NCBI GenBank assembly: GCA_965217035.1
Contig: OZ244226.1
Span: forward strand, 1,408,146-1,472,145
DNA from: Bacteriovoracaceae bacterium
GTDB taxonomy: Bacteria; Bdellovibrionota; Bacteriovoracia; Bacteriovoracales; Bacteriovoracaceae
DNA length: 64,000 nucleotides
Direction: 5' to 3'
In this document: in pieces, positions 49,615 through 59,017 of the stretch
Position numbering within the stretch: the stretch's first letter is position 1
Layout: every line of letters begins with the position of its first letter
Made by a program: the position numbers and the translations under genes
The notes under the pieces: model-generated
Databases searched by the model: none
Seen by the model: only the letters and a program-made list of their open reading frames with translations
Told to the model about the DNA's origin: nothing

Positions 49615-50363
49615 TAATCAATCGAAGTTCCAATCCGCCAAGGTCGAAACTTTAGAGGATGATCAAGATCTTCTTCCCAAGGCCATGAAAATGGTAATGT
49701 CATTGACCACCAGACAAACAAGGCCTCTCCTTTCACATGACTAAAAGGCACGAAACTCCAAACTCTAGAGTCACTCGAATGATCTCTATTATCTCCCATA
49801 ACAAAAAACATATCTTTCGGAATTGTTGTCTTTGGAAAATTGGCTAAGTAATAATTATCTTGATCAAGCTGAATCACATGTTCGTGTTCACCCGTTTTTG
49901 TTTTATAGAAATCGAAGGAATAATACTTAAACTTATCATCCATATCTTCCATAATTTCCTTACCATCTATCGATTCCCAAGGAATAAGCTCACCATTGAT
50001 ATAAACTTTTTTATCGACAACTTCTAACGTATCTCCAGGAACACCTAAGACTCTTTTAATATAATTAAAGGAAGTATCACGTGGGTATTTAAAAACAATA
50101 ATGTCTCCACGCTTTGGCTTCTTTGGTTCTGTTATATAGGTTGGATCTGAAAACCAATCACTAAAAGGTACCTTTAACCCATAAGCCAATTTATTTACGA
50201 GAATATAATCCCCGATTAATAAGGTAGGAATCATTGAACCTGTCGGGATCTTATAAGGTTCAAAAAAAACCGATCTGAATAAAAGGACTACAAAAATGAT
50301 TATTGTTAAGGAAGGTAACTCTTCCTTAAATGTTTTTTTCTTTTTCTTTTTTCTTCCAAACAT
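49614..50363 (-). CDS. lepB: Signal peptidase I
   Basis: [35 protein letters not shown]. Confidence 0.97.
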   Translation of the reverse strand: MFGRKKKKKKTFKEELPSLTIIIFVVLLFRSVFFEPYKIPTGSMIPTLLIGDYILVNKLAYGLKVPFSDWFSDPTYITEPKKPKRGDIIVFKYPRDTSFNYIKRVLGVPGDTLEVVDKKVYINGELIPWESIDGKEIMEDMDDKFKYYSFDFYKTKTGEHEHVIQLDQDNYYLANFPKTTIPKDMFFVMGDNRDHSSDSRVWSFVPFSHVKGEALFVWWSMTLPFSWPWEEDLDHPLKFRPWRIGTSID

Positions 50364-51495
50364 TACTAACCTTGTCTTTGCTTATAACTTGAGAATAGTA
50401 ATATTCTAGAACTTTTTTCGCAATAAATGTAGGACGAACTGTCCATCGTTCTTCATTATTGATCATAACAGCAACAGACCATCCCTTATCCGGTGTATTC
50501 TTATGTTTTACATAGAAAGCAAGCCAATCTCTTGTTCCATAGGGTACTCCACCGGTCATTCGACCAGTTTTTCCTCCAAATTCCAGCTTCCTTTTAAGCT
50601 TACGCTTCGTTTTCTGAGTCAAAGACTTTGCTGTTCCCACTGTAACGACACTCTTCATCATTTTAACAAGATCACCCACTGAGGATTTTGATAAAACTCT
50701 TTGTGAACGAGATGATTTCACAGTCCTACCGTTTTTTTCCCTAAAAAGCTTAAGCGGCTGGAGAACTCCGTCATTCATAATACCAAAGACGATATAAGCA
50801 GCATGAAGTGGGCTCATCATTGTTTTCTTGTTTAAACCCGAAGCTAATTCTGCAAACATATAGTCTGTTTCAGGTACTGGAAAATAAGATTCATCCAGTG
50901 TTGCATTTTTCACAGGAAGTTTTTTATTAAAAAAGAAGTCTTCTGCCGTCTTAAAGAGCGAAACCGCATTAGAGTACTGAGCTGCCAGCTTTGCAAATAC
51001 AACATTGTTTGAACTTGTAAATGCTTGAAAAAGATTAACCTCTCTACCTTTTTTATAATCTTTTAACTGATACTTATATAAAGTTGCTTTTTTACCTCGA
51101 AAATAAGTAGAGGTACCTGAATTAACTTCCTTTTTTTCTAAAAGATCAGCAGATGTAATAACCTTAATTAAACTTGCCGCAGGAGAGAGAGGTTTTAAAG
51201 CTAGGTTATGATCGTCTTTCTTTTCCTTATTATTTCTTCCAACAGCGGCTAGAACATCTCCTGTATTATTATCAATAACACTAACTGCAATATGGTCACT
51301 CTTTGATCGAATTAAAATATCTCTGAGATAATCAACTAGTTCTTTATTAAAAGCATATTCAATTTTTTTATTTCTATAATTTTCAGGCCACTTCGCACTT
51401 GCAAGTTCATGAAGGTTTATCGGGGGAACTTGAGGAAGCTTTTTTTCAGGTTTTGCACAGGCAAAAACAAGGAAGAATAATAAAATCTTATTCAC
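50326..51495 (-). CDS. Penicillin-binding transpeptidase-domain lipoprotein
   Basis: Lipobox VFAC, SxxK (ASLIK), SxN (SSN), KTG. Start reassigned to GTG 51495. Confidence 0.85.
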   Translation of the reverse strand: MNKILLFFLVFACAKPEKKLPQVPPINLHELASAKWPENYRNKKIEYAFNKELVDYLRDILIRSKSDHIAVSVIDNNTGDVLAAVGRNNKEKKDDHNLALKPLSPAASLIKVITSADLLEKKEVNSGTSTYFRGKKATLYKYQLKDYKKGREVNLFQAFTSSNNVVFAKLAAQYSNAVSLFKTAEDFFFNKKLPVKNATLDESYFPVPETDYMFAELASGLNKKTMMSPLHAAYIVFGIMNDGVLQPLKLFREKNGRTVKSSRSQRVLSKSSVGDLVKMMKSVVTVGTAKSLTQKTKRKLKRKLEFGGKTGRMTGGVPYGTRDWLAFYVKHKNTPDKGWSVAVMINNEERWTVRPTFIAKKVLEYYYSQVISKDKVSNVWKKKEKEKNI

Positions 51496-52084
51496 CCTTA
51501 TACCCCTTTCCAATCACAAAAAACTCTTTACTTACTTTTCTCGTTGATTGCGGTCTAAAGTTAACCATCTTTTCGAAATGTGGGCGTTGTTTTCTTAAAA
51601 ACTCTTGAGCATCATTACTCTCAAAAACCTTCACGACAACGTTTCCTCCTATTTTTAAAAACTTGGGCAACCAATAAAAAACCATTTCAACTAATTCTAA
51701 GCTTTTAAGCTGATCAACCATTTTCACTCCGGTTGTTTTAGGCGCCATATCTGAAAGAACAACGTCAAAAAGGTCATTTACCTCCAATTCCTCTAGAGAT
51801 TGAATATCATGAATACTTTTTTGATAAAGCTTCACATTATTATTTAGGTTTAATTTTTCATTAATTTCTTGAATGTCGACTCCACGCACCTGACCAGAAA
51901 AACCTTTCTTTTGAATAACATATTGAACCCAAGAACCAGGATAATAGCCAAGGTCAAGAACTTGATCGGACTTTTCGATAACAGAATACTTGGCATCTAC
52001 TTCTTCAAGCTTATACACACTTCTAGCATAGAAATTTTCTTTCTTAGCCTTTTTGTAATAATGATCTTTGACCTTGAAACTCAT
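51488..52084 (-). CDS. rlmE: 23S rRNA 2'-O-methyltransferase RlmE/FtsJ
   Basis: ARSVYKL, VLDLGYYPGSW, DVVLSDMAP, VVKVF, STRKVSKE. Confidence 0.93.
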   Translation of the reverse strand: MSFKVKDHYYKKAKKENFYARSVYKLEEVDAKYSVIEKSDQVLDLGYYPGSWVQYVIQKKGFSGQVRGVDIQEINEKLNLNNNVKLYQKSIHDIQSLEELEVNDLFDVVLSDMAPKTTGVKMVDQLKSLELVEMVFYWLPKFLKIGGNVVVKVFESNDAQEFLRKQRPHFEKMVNFRPQSTRKVSKEFFVIGKGYKGE

Positions 52085-52872
52085 AATGATAACTCTTTCG
52101 AAAGCCTTTCATAATCAGACTCCTTACACCAAAGAAGGGGTCCTTTCAGGGGAGAACTTCCAAGTTCTTTAATCCTACCACCAGGTCCATACATTGCGTA
52201 ACCCAGCTGTGTGAGAATAAAACTACCTGCAGCAATATCCCAAATATTTTTATCAGACCCTGAATAAACGAAATCACATTGACCTAAAGCAAGAAGCGAA
52301 AGCTTATTTGCAATACTTCCAACTGGCTTTAAATCCAAATTTGGAATAGCTTTTTTAAAATAACCTTCATCCCACTCTCTGCGAGACACTAGACCCTTGC
52401 ACAAAGCTTCTTTTTTCCAGCTAAGCCTTGTACTTCCCTCTAAAAGCACAACCTCACCTACAAGCATCAAGGCCCTAGAATTTGTTCTAAAGTTCCATAT
52501 CAAGTGAGCCCCTTGTTCAAAGTTTTTCAAACTCCAATCTTCAATAAAACTTAAACAAACAGCGCATTCGGGTATATTCAGAAGAAACTCTCTACTTCCA
52601 TCAATGGGATCAATAAGAAAAATTGGTGGCGTTAAACTTTTACCCGGTTTTTCTTCCGAGTAAAAATGATAATGCTGAGAGAGTTCACTCTCGAGAAAAA
52701 GTTCTTCGATCTCAGTTGAAACTTTCTTGTCCCAAATAATATTTGTTTCTGGATTAACAGAACCTGGATCATAGATGAAAGAATTTGATATTTTCTTGAC
52801 TATTTCACTGGATTTTTCGAAAAAAGTTCTGTAGGATCCGACTTTAATACTGCTATTTTTTTTATTTTCCAC
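52081..52872 (-). CDS. Inositol monophosphatase/CysQ family protein
   Basis: YSEE, LIDPIDGSREF, WDIAAG. Start probably GTG 52872 (AGGA SD), because the longer N-terminus just translates a DnaA box. Confidence 0.85.
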   Translation of the reverse strand: MENKKNSSIKVGSYRTFFEKSSEIVKKISNSFIYDPGSVNPETNIIWDKKVSTEIEELFLESELSQHYHFYSEEKPGKSLTPPIFLIDPIDGSREFLLNIPECAVCLSFIEDWSLKNFEQGAHLIWNFRTNSRALMLVGEVVLLEGSTRLSWKKEALCKGLVSRREWDEGYFKKAIPNLDLKPVGSIANKLSLLALGQCDFVYSGSDKNIWDIAAGSFILTQLGYAMYGPGGRIKELGSSPLKGPLLWCKESDYERLSKELSL

Positions 52873-53056
52873 ACATATTCCTGTAGTTTTCCACAAACTT
52901 TAAATGCTTTGAACTTTGTTTGACAAAAATAATACGTTTTAATTTCAACAAATGATTTCAAGCACTTAACTCCATGTAAATTAAAAACCATTAGCCCTCT
53001 TAACACTTATTACTTCATTTATTCACAGTTTTTAAAGGTTTATCCACAATTTTAAA
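52865..53056 (+). promoter_or_regulatory. Cluster of four co-oriented DnaA boxes
   Basis: TTTTCCACA 52865 and 52887, TTATTCACA 53019, TTATCCACA 53040. All match TTWTNCACA. Confidence 0.75.
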
Positions 53057-53062
53057 GCTAAA

Positions 53063-54574
53063 TTATAAGTTTTGGAGATTTTCCCAAAGAATTTTAACCC
53101 TTCCTTCTAAATGTGAGTCCAAAAGACAGATCAGTATATAAATGAGGAAAATCAAGTTTCTTTGTGATCTCAACTGATTTAAGCGCTCAAATAATAAATC
53201 CAAGGGCACCAAGGACAAAAGAACGAAAACAAAAATTAAAAAGTAGTTCGAGACCATTATAGGATTAATCGCAATGCCAAAAGAAACAAGAGACAAAATC
53301 GCAATTAGAAGTGAAAGTGATTCAGTCCTCTTGATTTTATTTTTATAAATATTTTCAAATATATTTCCAAAAATTAAAACAAGTGCTCCAATAAAGGCTA
53401 AGATAAAAAAAGACTTTCTCATAAGAATAACTTGCATATTATCCCAATAAGCAACAAGTTTAAAAGAGTTCTCAAAGAGATCAATATTCTGATGAGTCAG
53501 GACACTAATAAAAGCTAAAGCATTACCCGCTATCGTATATTTAAAAAATTGCCGAGAATACCACTTGGACTTAATGAACTTCAAAAAATAAAGAATAATA
53601 ATACTTTGTATAGGAATAAAAATAAAAAAGTTATAATCAATCAAAACTAACCAATAGTTTAAAAAACCGATTAAAAAACCTGCTCTATAAGAAAAAGACT
53701 TTAATGCCCACAAAATACCCCATGACCAAATGATTGCAATTGTAGTTTCAAAGGCATGATTAATACTTTGTTCTAAAATCAATGAGAAAGACCAAGTTGA
53801 TACAAAAGCGAATACACCTAGAATAGAAAGTCTTCTCGAATATATATAACGAAATATAGAATAAATCGCAAAAAGAGTTAAAGTGAAAAAATAAAAATAG
53901 AAATGAAAATAAATAAAAAGATTTCTAAGCTTACTCGGAATTTGAAAGGGGATATAGCACATCTCTACAAATGTCCAGAACTGAGCATGAATTCGGTCTT
54001 CTGGATCAAGATAAAGTTGAGTGGCATCGAGTCCATTAAAAAGCGGTAAACTTGGAAGAGAAACTAAAACAACAGCAACCAAAAGAATAAAAACTGTTTT
54101 TTCAAATCCATCTAGAAATTTAAACTCTGAAAAATCATTTGAAATTTTACTTTCAAGAATCTTTTTCCTCGTTGGCCATGAAATCCATATTCCCCAGCTT
54201 ATCCATACAAACCAATAAAGCACTTCTCTTACTCCTTCTGAACAAAAAGCAAGCAAACTACAATAAAGGACGGCAAGACTAGAACCCAAGATAACTCTTG
54301 AAAGTACTCTATCAATCGACGAATTCGAACGAGTATAAATTTTTAACCTGTATTCAACTTCTCGTGAAATCAAATTCCACTGCCAAAACAAAAAAAGTGA
54401 ATAGGGTAAAAAACCAAAAAGAAGAATTGGAAAACTTGGTTCCTTGAGAAAAAGAGTCCAGTAAGGAAAAAGTAGAAAAATAAAATAAGTTGATGCTCTT
54501 TTTAAAAAAAAGAGTGTTTTACTCAAGATTATACCCTGTTCATTTGTCTGGTTAATCAGGCCTTCCAACCGCAT
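53063..54574 (-). CDS. Polytopic membrane protein of unknown function
   Basis: 503-aa ORF with about 12 or more hydrophobic segments. Divergent from fliD. Confidence 0.8.
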   Translation of the reverse strand: MRLEGLINQTNEQGIILSKTLFFLKRASTYFIFLLFPYWTLFLKEPSFPILLFGFLPYSLFLFWQWNLISREVEYRLKIYTRSNSSIDRVLSRVILGSSLAVLYCSLLAFCSEGVREVLYWFVWISWGIWISWPTRKKILESKISNDFSEFKFLDGFEKTVFILLVAVVLVSLPSLPLFNGLDATQLYLDPEDRIHAQFWTFVEMCYIPFQIPSKLRNLFIYFHFYFYFFTLTLFAIYSIFRYIYSRRLSILGVFAFVSTWSFSLILEQSINHAFETTIAIIWSWGILWALKSFSYRAGFLIGFLNYWLVLIDYNFFIFIPIQSIIILYFLKFIKSKWYSRQFFKYTIAGNALAFISVLTHQNIDLFENSFKLVAYWDNMQVILMRKSFFILAFIGALVLIFGNIFENIYKNKIKRTESLSLLIAILSLVSFGIAINPIMVSNYFLIFVFVLLSLVPLDLLFERLNQLRSQRNLIFLIYILICLLDSHLEGRVKILWENLQNL

Positions 54575-54632
54575 TTCCCTTCTAACAGCCGCTAATGGGC
54601 AATTCTTAACGTATTATATTCCCCATTGCTGG

Positions 54633-54704
54633 CTCTGATGCATATGGTAAAATTTACCATAGGATACTCTTAAAGAGTACCTAACAGCATTGCATCATGG
54701 AGGA
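54633..54704 (+). other. Nested inverted-repeat structure in the fliD leader (candidate cis-regulatory RNA or operator array)
   Basis: Outer stem TGATGCA/TGCATCA encloses hairpins TATGGTAA/TTACCATA and GG-a-TACTCT/AGAGTA-CC, immediately before the GGAGG SD. Confidence 0.55.
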
Positions 54705-54710
54705 CGCTCT

Positions 54711-56096
54711 TTGACTATCTCTTTCGGTTCTATAGGGACGGGTCTACCTAAAGACATCGTTCAACAAATTCTTAATGCCGAACGAATTCCTATTCAAAAA
54801 ATGGAAAGGCGCAAGGCCGAATATGATAGTAAAAAATCTTTGCTAAATGAACTCTCTGGCTTTGTTGGAGAACTTAAAGGTGGCGCTCTTGCAAACCGAA
54901 CTCCTAGGAGCTTTCGAGAACTCGCAGTTCTTTCAGGTGATAACGATTTGGTTGATATCTTTGTTGATAAAAATCGTGCCAATCCTGGTAGCTGGCAATT
55001 TGAAGTCACTCGGCTTGCACAAAAATCATCTGTCTTCACTAATGGTGTTGAAGATCCAGACGAAACTTATGTGGGAGTTGGCTATATTGGCTATGAACTT
55101 CCAGACGGTGAAGAAAAAGAAATTTATATTAATCCAGAAAATGCCTCACTTAATGGAATTGCCAAACTTATTAATGGCGATCGCAAAAACGGAATGACCG
55201 CGACAGTTGTTAACGACGGTATTGATCCTGACGAACCATGGAGACTAATCATTGCCTTACAAGATTCTGGTGACATTAACAAGGCAACATTTCCATACTT
55301 TTACCTCGTAGATGGTGAAGAAGATCTTTATGTTGATCAACAAAGAGAAGGCCATGATGCTAAGATTAAACTTGATGGTTTTGAAATTGAAGTTCCAGAA
55401 AATATTGCAAAGGATGTAATTCCGGGCCTCCAAATCGACTTACTTCAAGCAGCTCCTGGAAAAGAATTTACGATCGAAGTTGGAGCTGACGTTGAAAAAA
55501 TTGCAGAAAAAGTAAAAAGTATCATTGATACTATTAACAAGGTCTTAAGCTTCATTAAACAACAAAATGCTCTTGATGAAACTTCTGATACGAGAAGTAC
55601 TCTTGGTGGTGATCTCACACTACAAACATTAGAGAGTCGATTAAGAAATACTATTTTTAGTTATATCGAAACATCTGGTGGAAGCATGAGACCAGGTGAT
55701 ATTGGAATTACATTCCAAAGATCAGGTCTCATAAAATTTGATGGTGACAAATTTGAATCACAACTTAAAAGAGATTATCAATCTACCGCCGAAGTTCTCG
55801 TCGGTCGGCTTACCCAAGAAGGACAAATCAAAGGGATGCTTGCCAAACTAGGTGATCTTGCTAATGGAGCTATTGGACCAAGTGGATTTCTAACAACTCG
55901 AACAAGAGGAGTTGAGAGAAATATAAGAGACATCGACGATCGAATTGCAAATAAAGAAAGATATATTAAAAACAAGGAACGAGTTCTCAAAGATAAATTT
56001 GCGAGACTCGAAGATACCGTTTCCCAACTTAAAGCTCAAGGTGCAGGACTTGCTGGGCTTGGAGCAGGGGCACCCGCTATACCGCAGTTAGGATAA
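54711..56096 (+). CDS. fliD: Flagellar filament cap protein
   Basis: ISFGSIGTGL...IVQQILNAERIPI, VTRLAQ, DAKIKLDG, LGGD, KFARLE. TTG start after GGAGG. Confidence 0.95.
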   Translation: MTISFGSIGTGLPKDIVQQILNAERIPIQKMERRKAEYDSKKSLLNELSGFVGELKGGALANRTPRSFRELAVLSGDNDLVDIFVDKNRANPGSWQFEVTRLAQKSSVFTNGVEDPDETYVGVGYIGYELPDGEEKEIYINPENASLNGIAKLINGDRKNGMTATVVNDGIDPDEPWRLIIALQDSGDINKATFPYFYLVDGEEDLYVDQQREGHDAKIKLDGFEIEVPENIAKDVIPGLQIDLLQAAPGKEFTIEVGADVEKIAEKVKSIIDTINKVLSFIKQQNALDETSDTRSTLGGDLTLQTLESRLRNTIFSYIETSGGSMRPGDIGITFQRSGLIKFDGDKFESQLKRDYQSTAEVLVGRLTQEGQIKGMLAKLGDLANGAIGPSGFLTTRTRGVERNIRDIDDRIANKERYIKNKERVLKDKFARLEDTVSQLKAQGAGLAGLGAGAPAIPQLG

Positions 56097-56110
56097 CTAA
56101 GGAGATATAA

Positions 56111-56500
56111 ATGAGCTATGGATTAGGCGCCTACAAAAAAACATCTGTTCAGACAGCTTCTAAAGAGCAGATTTTATTAATGCTTTATCAGGCAGCAATC
56201 AAAAATTGCAAGAAGGCAATTGAAGCAATCGAAACTAACAATATCAATGACAAGGGAGTTTATATAGGTAAACTTCAGGACATCGTGATTGAACTTAGTA
56301 ATAGCTTAGACTTTGATGTTGGCGGAGATATCGCAAAAGAACTTAGCACTCTTTACGATTATATTCTTCACAGTAGCACTCAAGCGAATATCAACATCGA
56401 TAAAAAACCCCTAGAAGGAGTTCTCTCTGTTCTCGACACTCTCTACACTGGATGGACAGAGGCTGTAAAATCACTAAAGACAAATGAAGCAAATAAATAA
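56111..56500 (+). CDS. fliS: Flagellin export chaperone
   Basis: AYKKTSVQTASKEQILLMLY, ELSNSLDFDVGGDIAKELSTLYDY, W near the C-terminus. Confidence 0.96.
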   Translation: MSYGLGAYKKTSVQTASKEQILLMLYQAAIKNCKKAIEAIETNNINDKGVYIGKLQDIVIELSNSLDFDVGGDIAKELSTLYDYILHSSTQANINIDKKPLEGVLSVLDTLYTGWTEAVKSLKTNEANK

Positions 56501-56801
56501 TTTAGATTATTGGCTAGATAAAATTGAACTTATATCTAGCCAAATTCTTTCAACAGTTGAAGAAGGTTTAATACCTGAGCAAACTGATCTTGAAAACCGA
56601 CAACGCCTTATAGATATTGCAGGGAAAAACTGCACAAATATTGCAACACCCGAGCAATGCTGTCGTATAAATGCTATACTAAAACAGGACAAAGAGATCA
56701 TTAGGCAACTCGAAGAACTCTCTGTTAAAATAAGGACAGAAATCGGTAACGCATACAAAAACCGTACGGCTATCAGCAAATTTAAGCTTAACGAACTGTA
56801 A
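56484..56801 (+). CDS. FliT-like helical protein
   Basis: 105-aa helical ORF overlapping fliS, with ENRQRLID and ILKQDKEI, in the canonical fliD-fliS-fliT position. Confidence 0.6.
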   Translation: MKQINNLDYWLDKIELISSQILSTVEEGLIPEQTDLENRQRLIDIAGKNCTNIATPEQCCRINAILKQDKEIIRQLEELSVKIRTEIGNAYKNRTAISKFKLNEL

Positions 56802-56816
56802 TGCTCAAGGAAGAAA

Positions 56817-57431
56817 ATGACAGAACAAAGAACAACATCCCAACAAAAGTCTTCGCTAATTATCAATGGGATTCATCTTCATTCTAAAGTCGACCCACAA
56901 AAAGAAGCAGAAATTTTTTGTGATAAATATGAAAAAGAAATTTATTCAAACGAACAGCATATTATTTTAGGTCTTGGTGGCGGATTTCATCTTAATGAAC
57001 TTATTAAACGTCTTTATAAAGCAGAAAGAAAAATTAATATCACTGTAATTGAACCCAATATCGAGATGATTCAGAACTACCGACAAGACTTCTCACAATT
57101 TGCGGAAACACCGGGTCTAGAATTCTTTTCTGAACCCCATGATGATCTTTATCTTAATAAAAAATTCATAAATACTCTTTGTCAAAAGCCAGCTATTCTC
57201 ATTCATAAAGCTTCATATGAAGCTAACAAAAATTTCTTTTATAATTTCCTTACCTATAAAGCAGAAAATAATCTCGCTAAATATCTTGCAAATATTGATA
57301 TGGAGCTACTCACCCAGTTAACGACTTTAAGTAATAGCATCAGTTTTACAGATGAAAATATTGAAAAAATGAGTAAATCTAAGAACAATCATTTTGAAGC
57401 AGTTTTTTGGAATCTATTTCAAAAAATTTAA
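56817..57431 (+). CDS. Protein resembling the N-terminal domain of Maf (motility accessory factor) flagellin glycosyltransferases
   Basis: LHSKVDPQKEAE, ILGLGGGFHL, TVIEPN. Only 204 aa. Confidence 0.65.
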   Translation: MTEQRTTSQQKSSLIINGIHLHSKVDPQKEAEIFCDKYEKEIYSNEQHIILGLGGGFHLNELIKRLYKAERKINITVIEPNIEMIQNYRQDFSQFAETPGLEFFSEPHDDLYLNKKFINTLCQKPAILIHKASYEANKNFFYNFLTYKAENNLAKYLANIDMELLTQLTTLSNSISFTDENIEKMSKSKNNHFEAVFWNLFQKI

Positions 57432-57442
57432 AGGACCATTTA

Positions 57443-59017
57443 ATGAAGTCACTATTCATCAACTTAAAAACTATTCAAGACCTATATCAGACAATGAATT
57501 TAGCCCTTAAGTGGCAGGCTGATAATCCAGAACATGAAATCCATATTCTGTCTTGGGAAAACAACAAAGAAGTCGAACTCTTTTTTGATGATAAAGTTAA
57601 GTTTCATTTTGTTAATCGAGAAAAAATTGCAAGCGTCAAATCGAGTCAAGTCATACCCAATTTTCATGCTGTTAATGAGCTTTGGGAAAATATTAAAGAG
57701 ATTACTCAAACTCATTGGGACAACGTTTTCAATTACTCCAATGATGAAATCAGTGGTACTCTTTCTTCAATTTTAAAATTTGATAATTTTTATGGTGTTC
57801 GTTATTCAGAATCAAAAAATATTTTATTCACAAATGATTGGGCAGAATACATCAATGAAGTTTATCCATTGAATAATATTTCGATTAATCGTTATGAACT
57901 TTTAAAAAACCTCACGAATACAAATATTACAAACAAAATAGAGCCTAAGAACCCCTATGCATTTTTAGAAGCTCAGAATGCTTTAACAGATCTTAAAAAG
58001 TCCCAAGGAAGTGATTTGAAAATCGTTGCTTTTGATTCAGCAACATTCACAAGCACAGATTGGAACTTAGATAAAATTGCCTTTAAACTTTCTACAACAA
58101 ATCGTTATCTACCAGTTTTTATTCATACATCCGGCAATATTCATGAAGTCCCAATGCTTGAAAAAGTCCAAAAAGCTCTCGGAGATGAAATTATTATTAT
58201 AGAAACAGATATTGCTGCCCTCGACTCAGTTGTAAATGCGATCGATATACTTATTTGCCAAGATGGTCTTTCCAAGCAAATGGCACACACATGGGGCACT
58301 CCCTCTCTTCATGTAAGAATTAAAAACCTTCCACAGGAGAATACTGGATACTCTTATCATTCGAATGATCTCGTTCTCGAAACAGAAGATCGAAATTTAG
58401 TCTTTGAAGAACTTCTCTCTTGTGTTGACATCCTTACCTTTGGAAAACCACAGATTTCAGGTCAATGGCTTTTTAACGACATCTATCAAGTCAAAGAAGA
58501 TATGCTTGGTAATTTCAAAATACATATCAATCCGAGCGATGATAGTCTCATAAATATCGCAAGCTATATGAGTCGTATCTTTTTCTACAATCAAATGAAT
58601 GATGCTCAGATAAGTATTCGGGAAACTCATATTTTTAATCTTTTCACAGCTTTTGAGATTAAGAACTATCTTCAAAATGAACAAGACGTTTTAAAAAAAT
58701 CATCGAAAAACTTGCTTCAAGCCATTCGAAACCTGCAAGAAATGAAAGGAAGACCTGAAAAGATTGCTTCATTTATCAAGCTTCTTGATTCTTTCTTTAA
58801 AACAGATTCTCCACACTTTATTACTTTTGGAGTAAATCTAATGCTCAGAACTCAACTTGAGTCCTTGCCAGAAGAAAACTCTATGGAGCTTTTCAATGCA
58901 CTTGAAAGTATGTTGTTTGAATTGAAAGCACGTTATAAAACAATTACAGGCTTTCTTGAAAGTGTTGCTTCTCCAGCAAGAATCGTAAGAGGCCCAGAGA
59001 ACGCGACGAATGAATAA
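57443..59017 (+). CDS. Degenerate GT9 (heptosyltransferase-like) protein with helical C-terminal extension
   Basis: MKSLFINLKTIQDLYQT resembles the GT9 N-terminus, WDNVFNYS, and ILICQDGLSKQMAHTWGTPSL resembles the GT9 'DSG/DTGxxHxAxAxGxP' block. AAGGA SD before ATG 57443. Confidence 0.6.
   Translation: MKSLFINLKTIQDLYQTMNLALKWQADNPEHEIHILSWENNKEVELFFDDKVKFHFVNREKIASVKSSQVIPNFHAVNELWENIKEITQTHWDNVFNYSNDEISGTLSSILKFDNFYGVRYSESKNILFTNDWAEYINEVYPLNNISINRYELLKNLTNTNITNKIEPKNPYAFLEAQNALTDLKKSQGSDLKIVAFDSATFTSTDWNLDKIAFKLSTTNRYLPVFIHTSGNIHEVPMLEKVQKALGDEIIIIETDIAALDSVVNAIDILICQDGLSKQMAHTWGTPSLHVRIKNLPQENTGYSYHSNDLVLETEDRNLVFEELLSCVDILTFGKPQISGQWLFNDIYQVKEDMLGNFKIHINPSDDSLINIASYMSRIFFYNQMNDAQISIRETHIFNLFTAFEIKNYLQNEQDVLKKSSKNLLQAIRNLQEMKGRPEKIASFIKLLDSFFKTDSPHFITFGVNLMLRTQLESLPEENSMELFNALESMLFELKARYKTITGFLESVASPARIVRGPENATNE

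Noticed and set aside
52800..53006. 68-aa ORF over the DnaA-box region
   Set aside because: Translation of box sequences (CGK, VWK) in AT-rich intergenic DNA that overlaps a real gene.
52865..53056. Firm call of oriC
   Set aside because: No dnaA/dnaN in the window and no skew inversion in sampled lines. Kept only as a DnaA-box cluster.
54690..54710. ORF-track N-terminal extensions (fliD; also accC, aroQ, batB, response regulator, GT9-like)
   Set aside because: Downstream starts have proper SD spacing and match the family N-termini.
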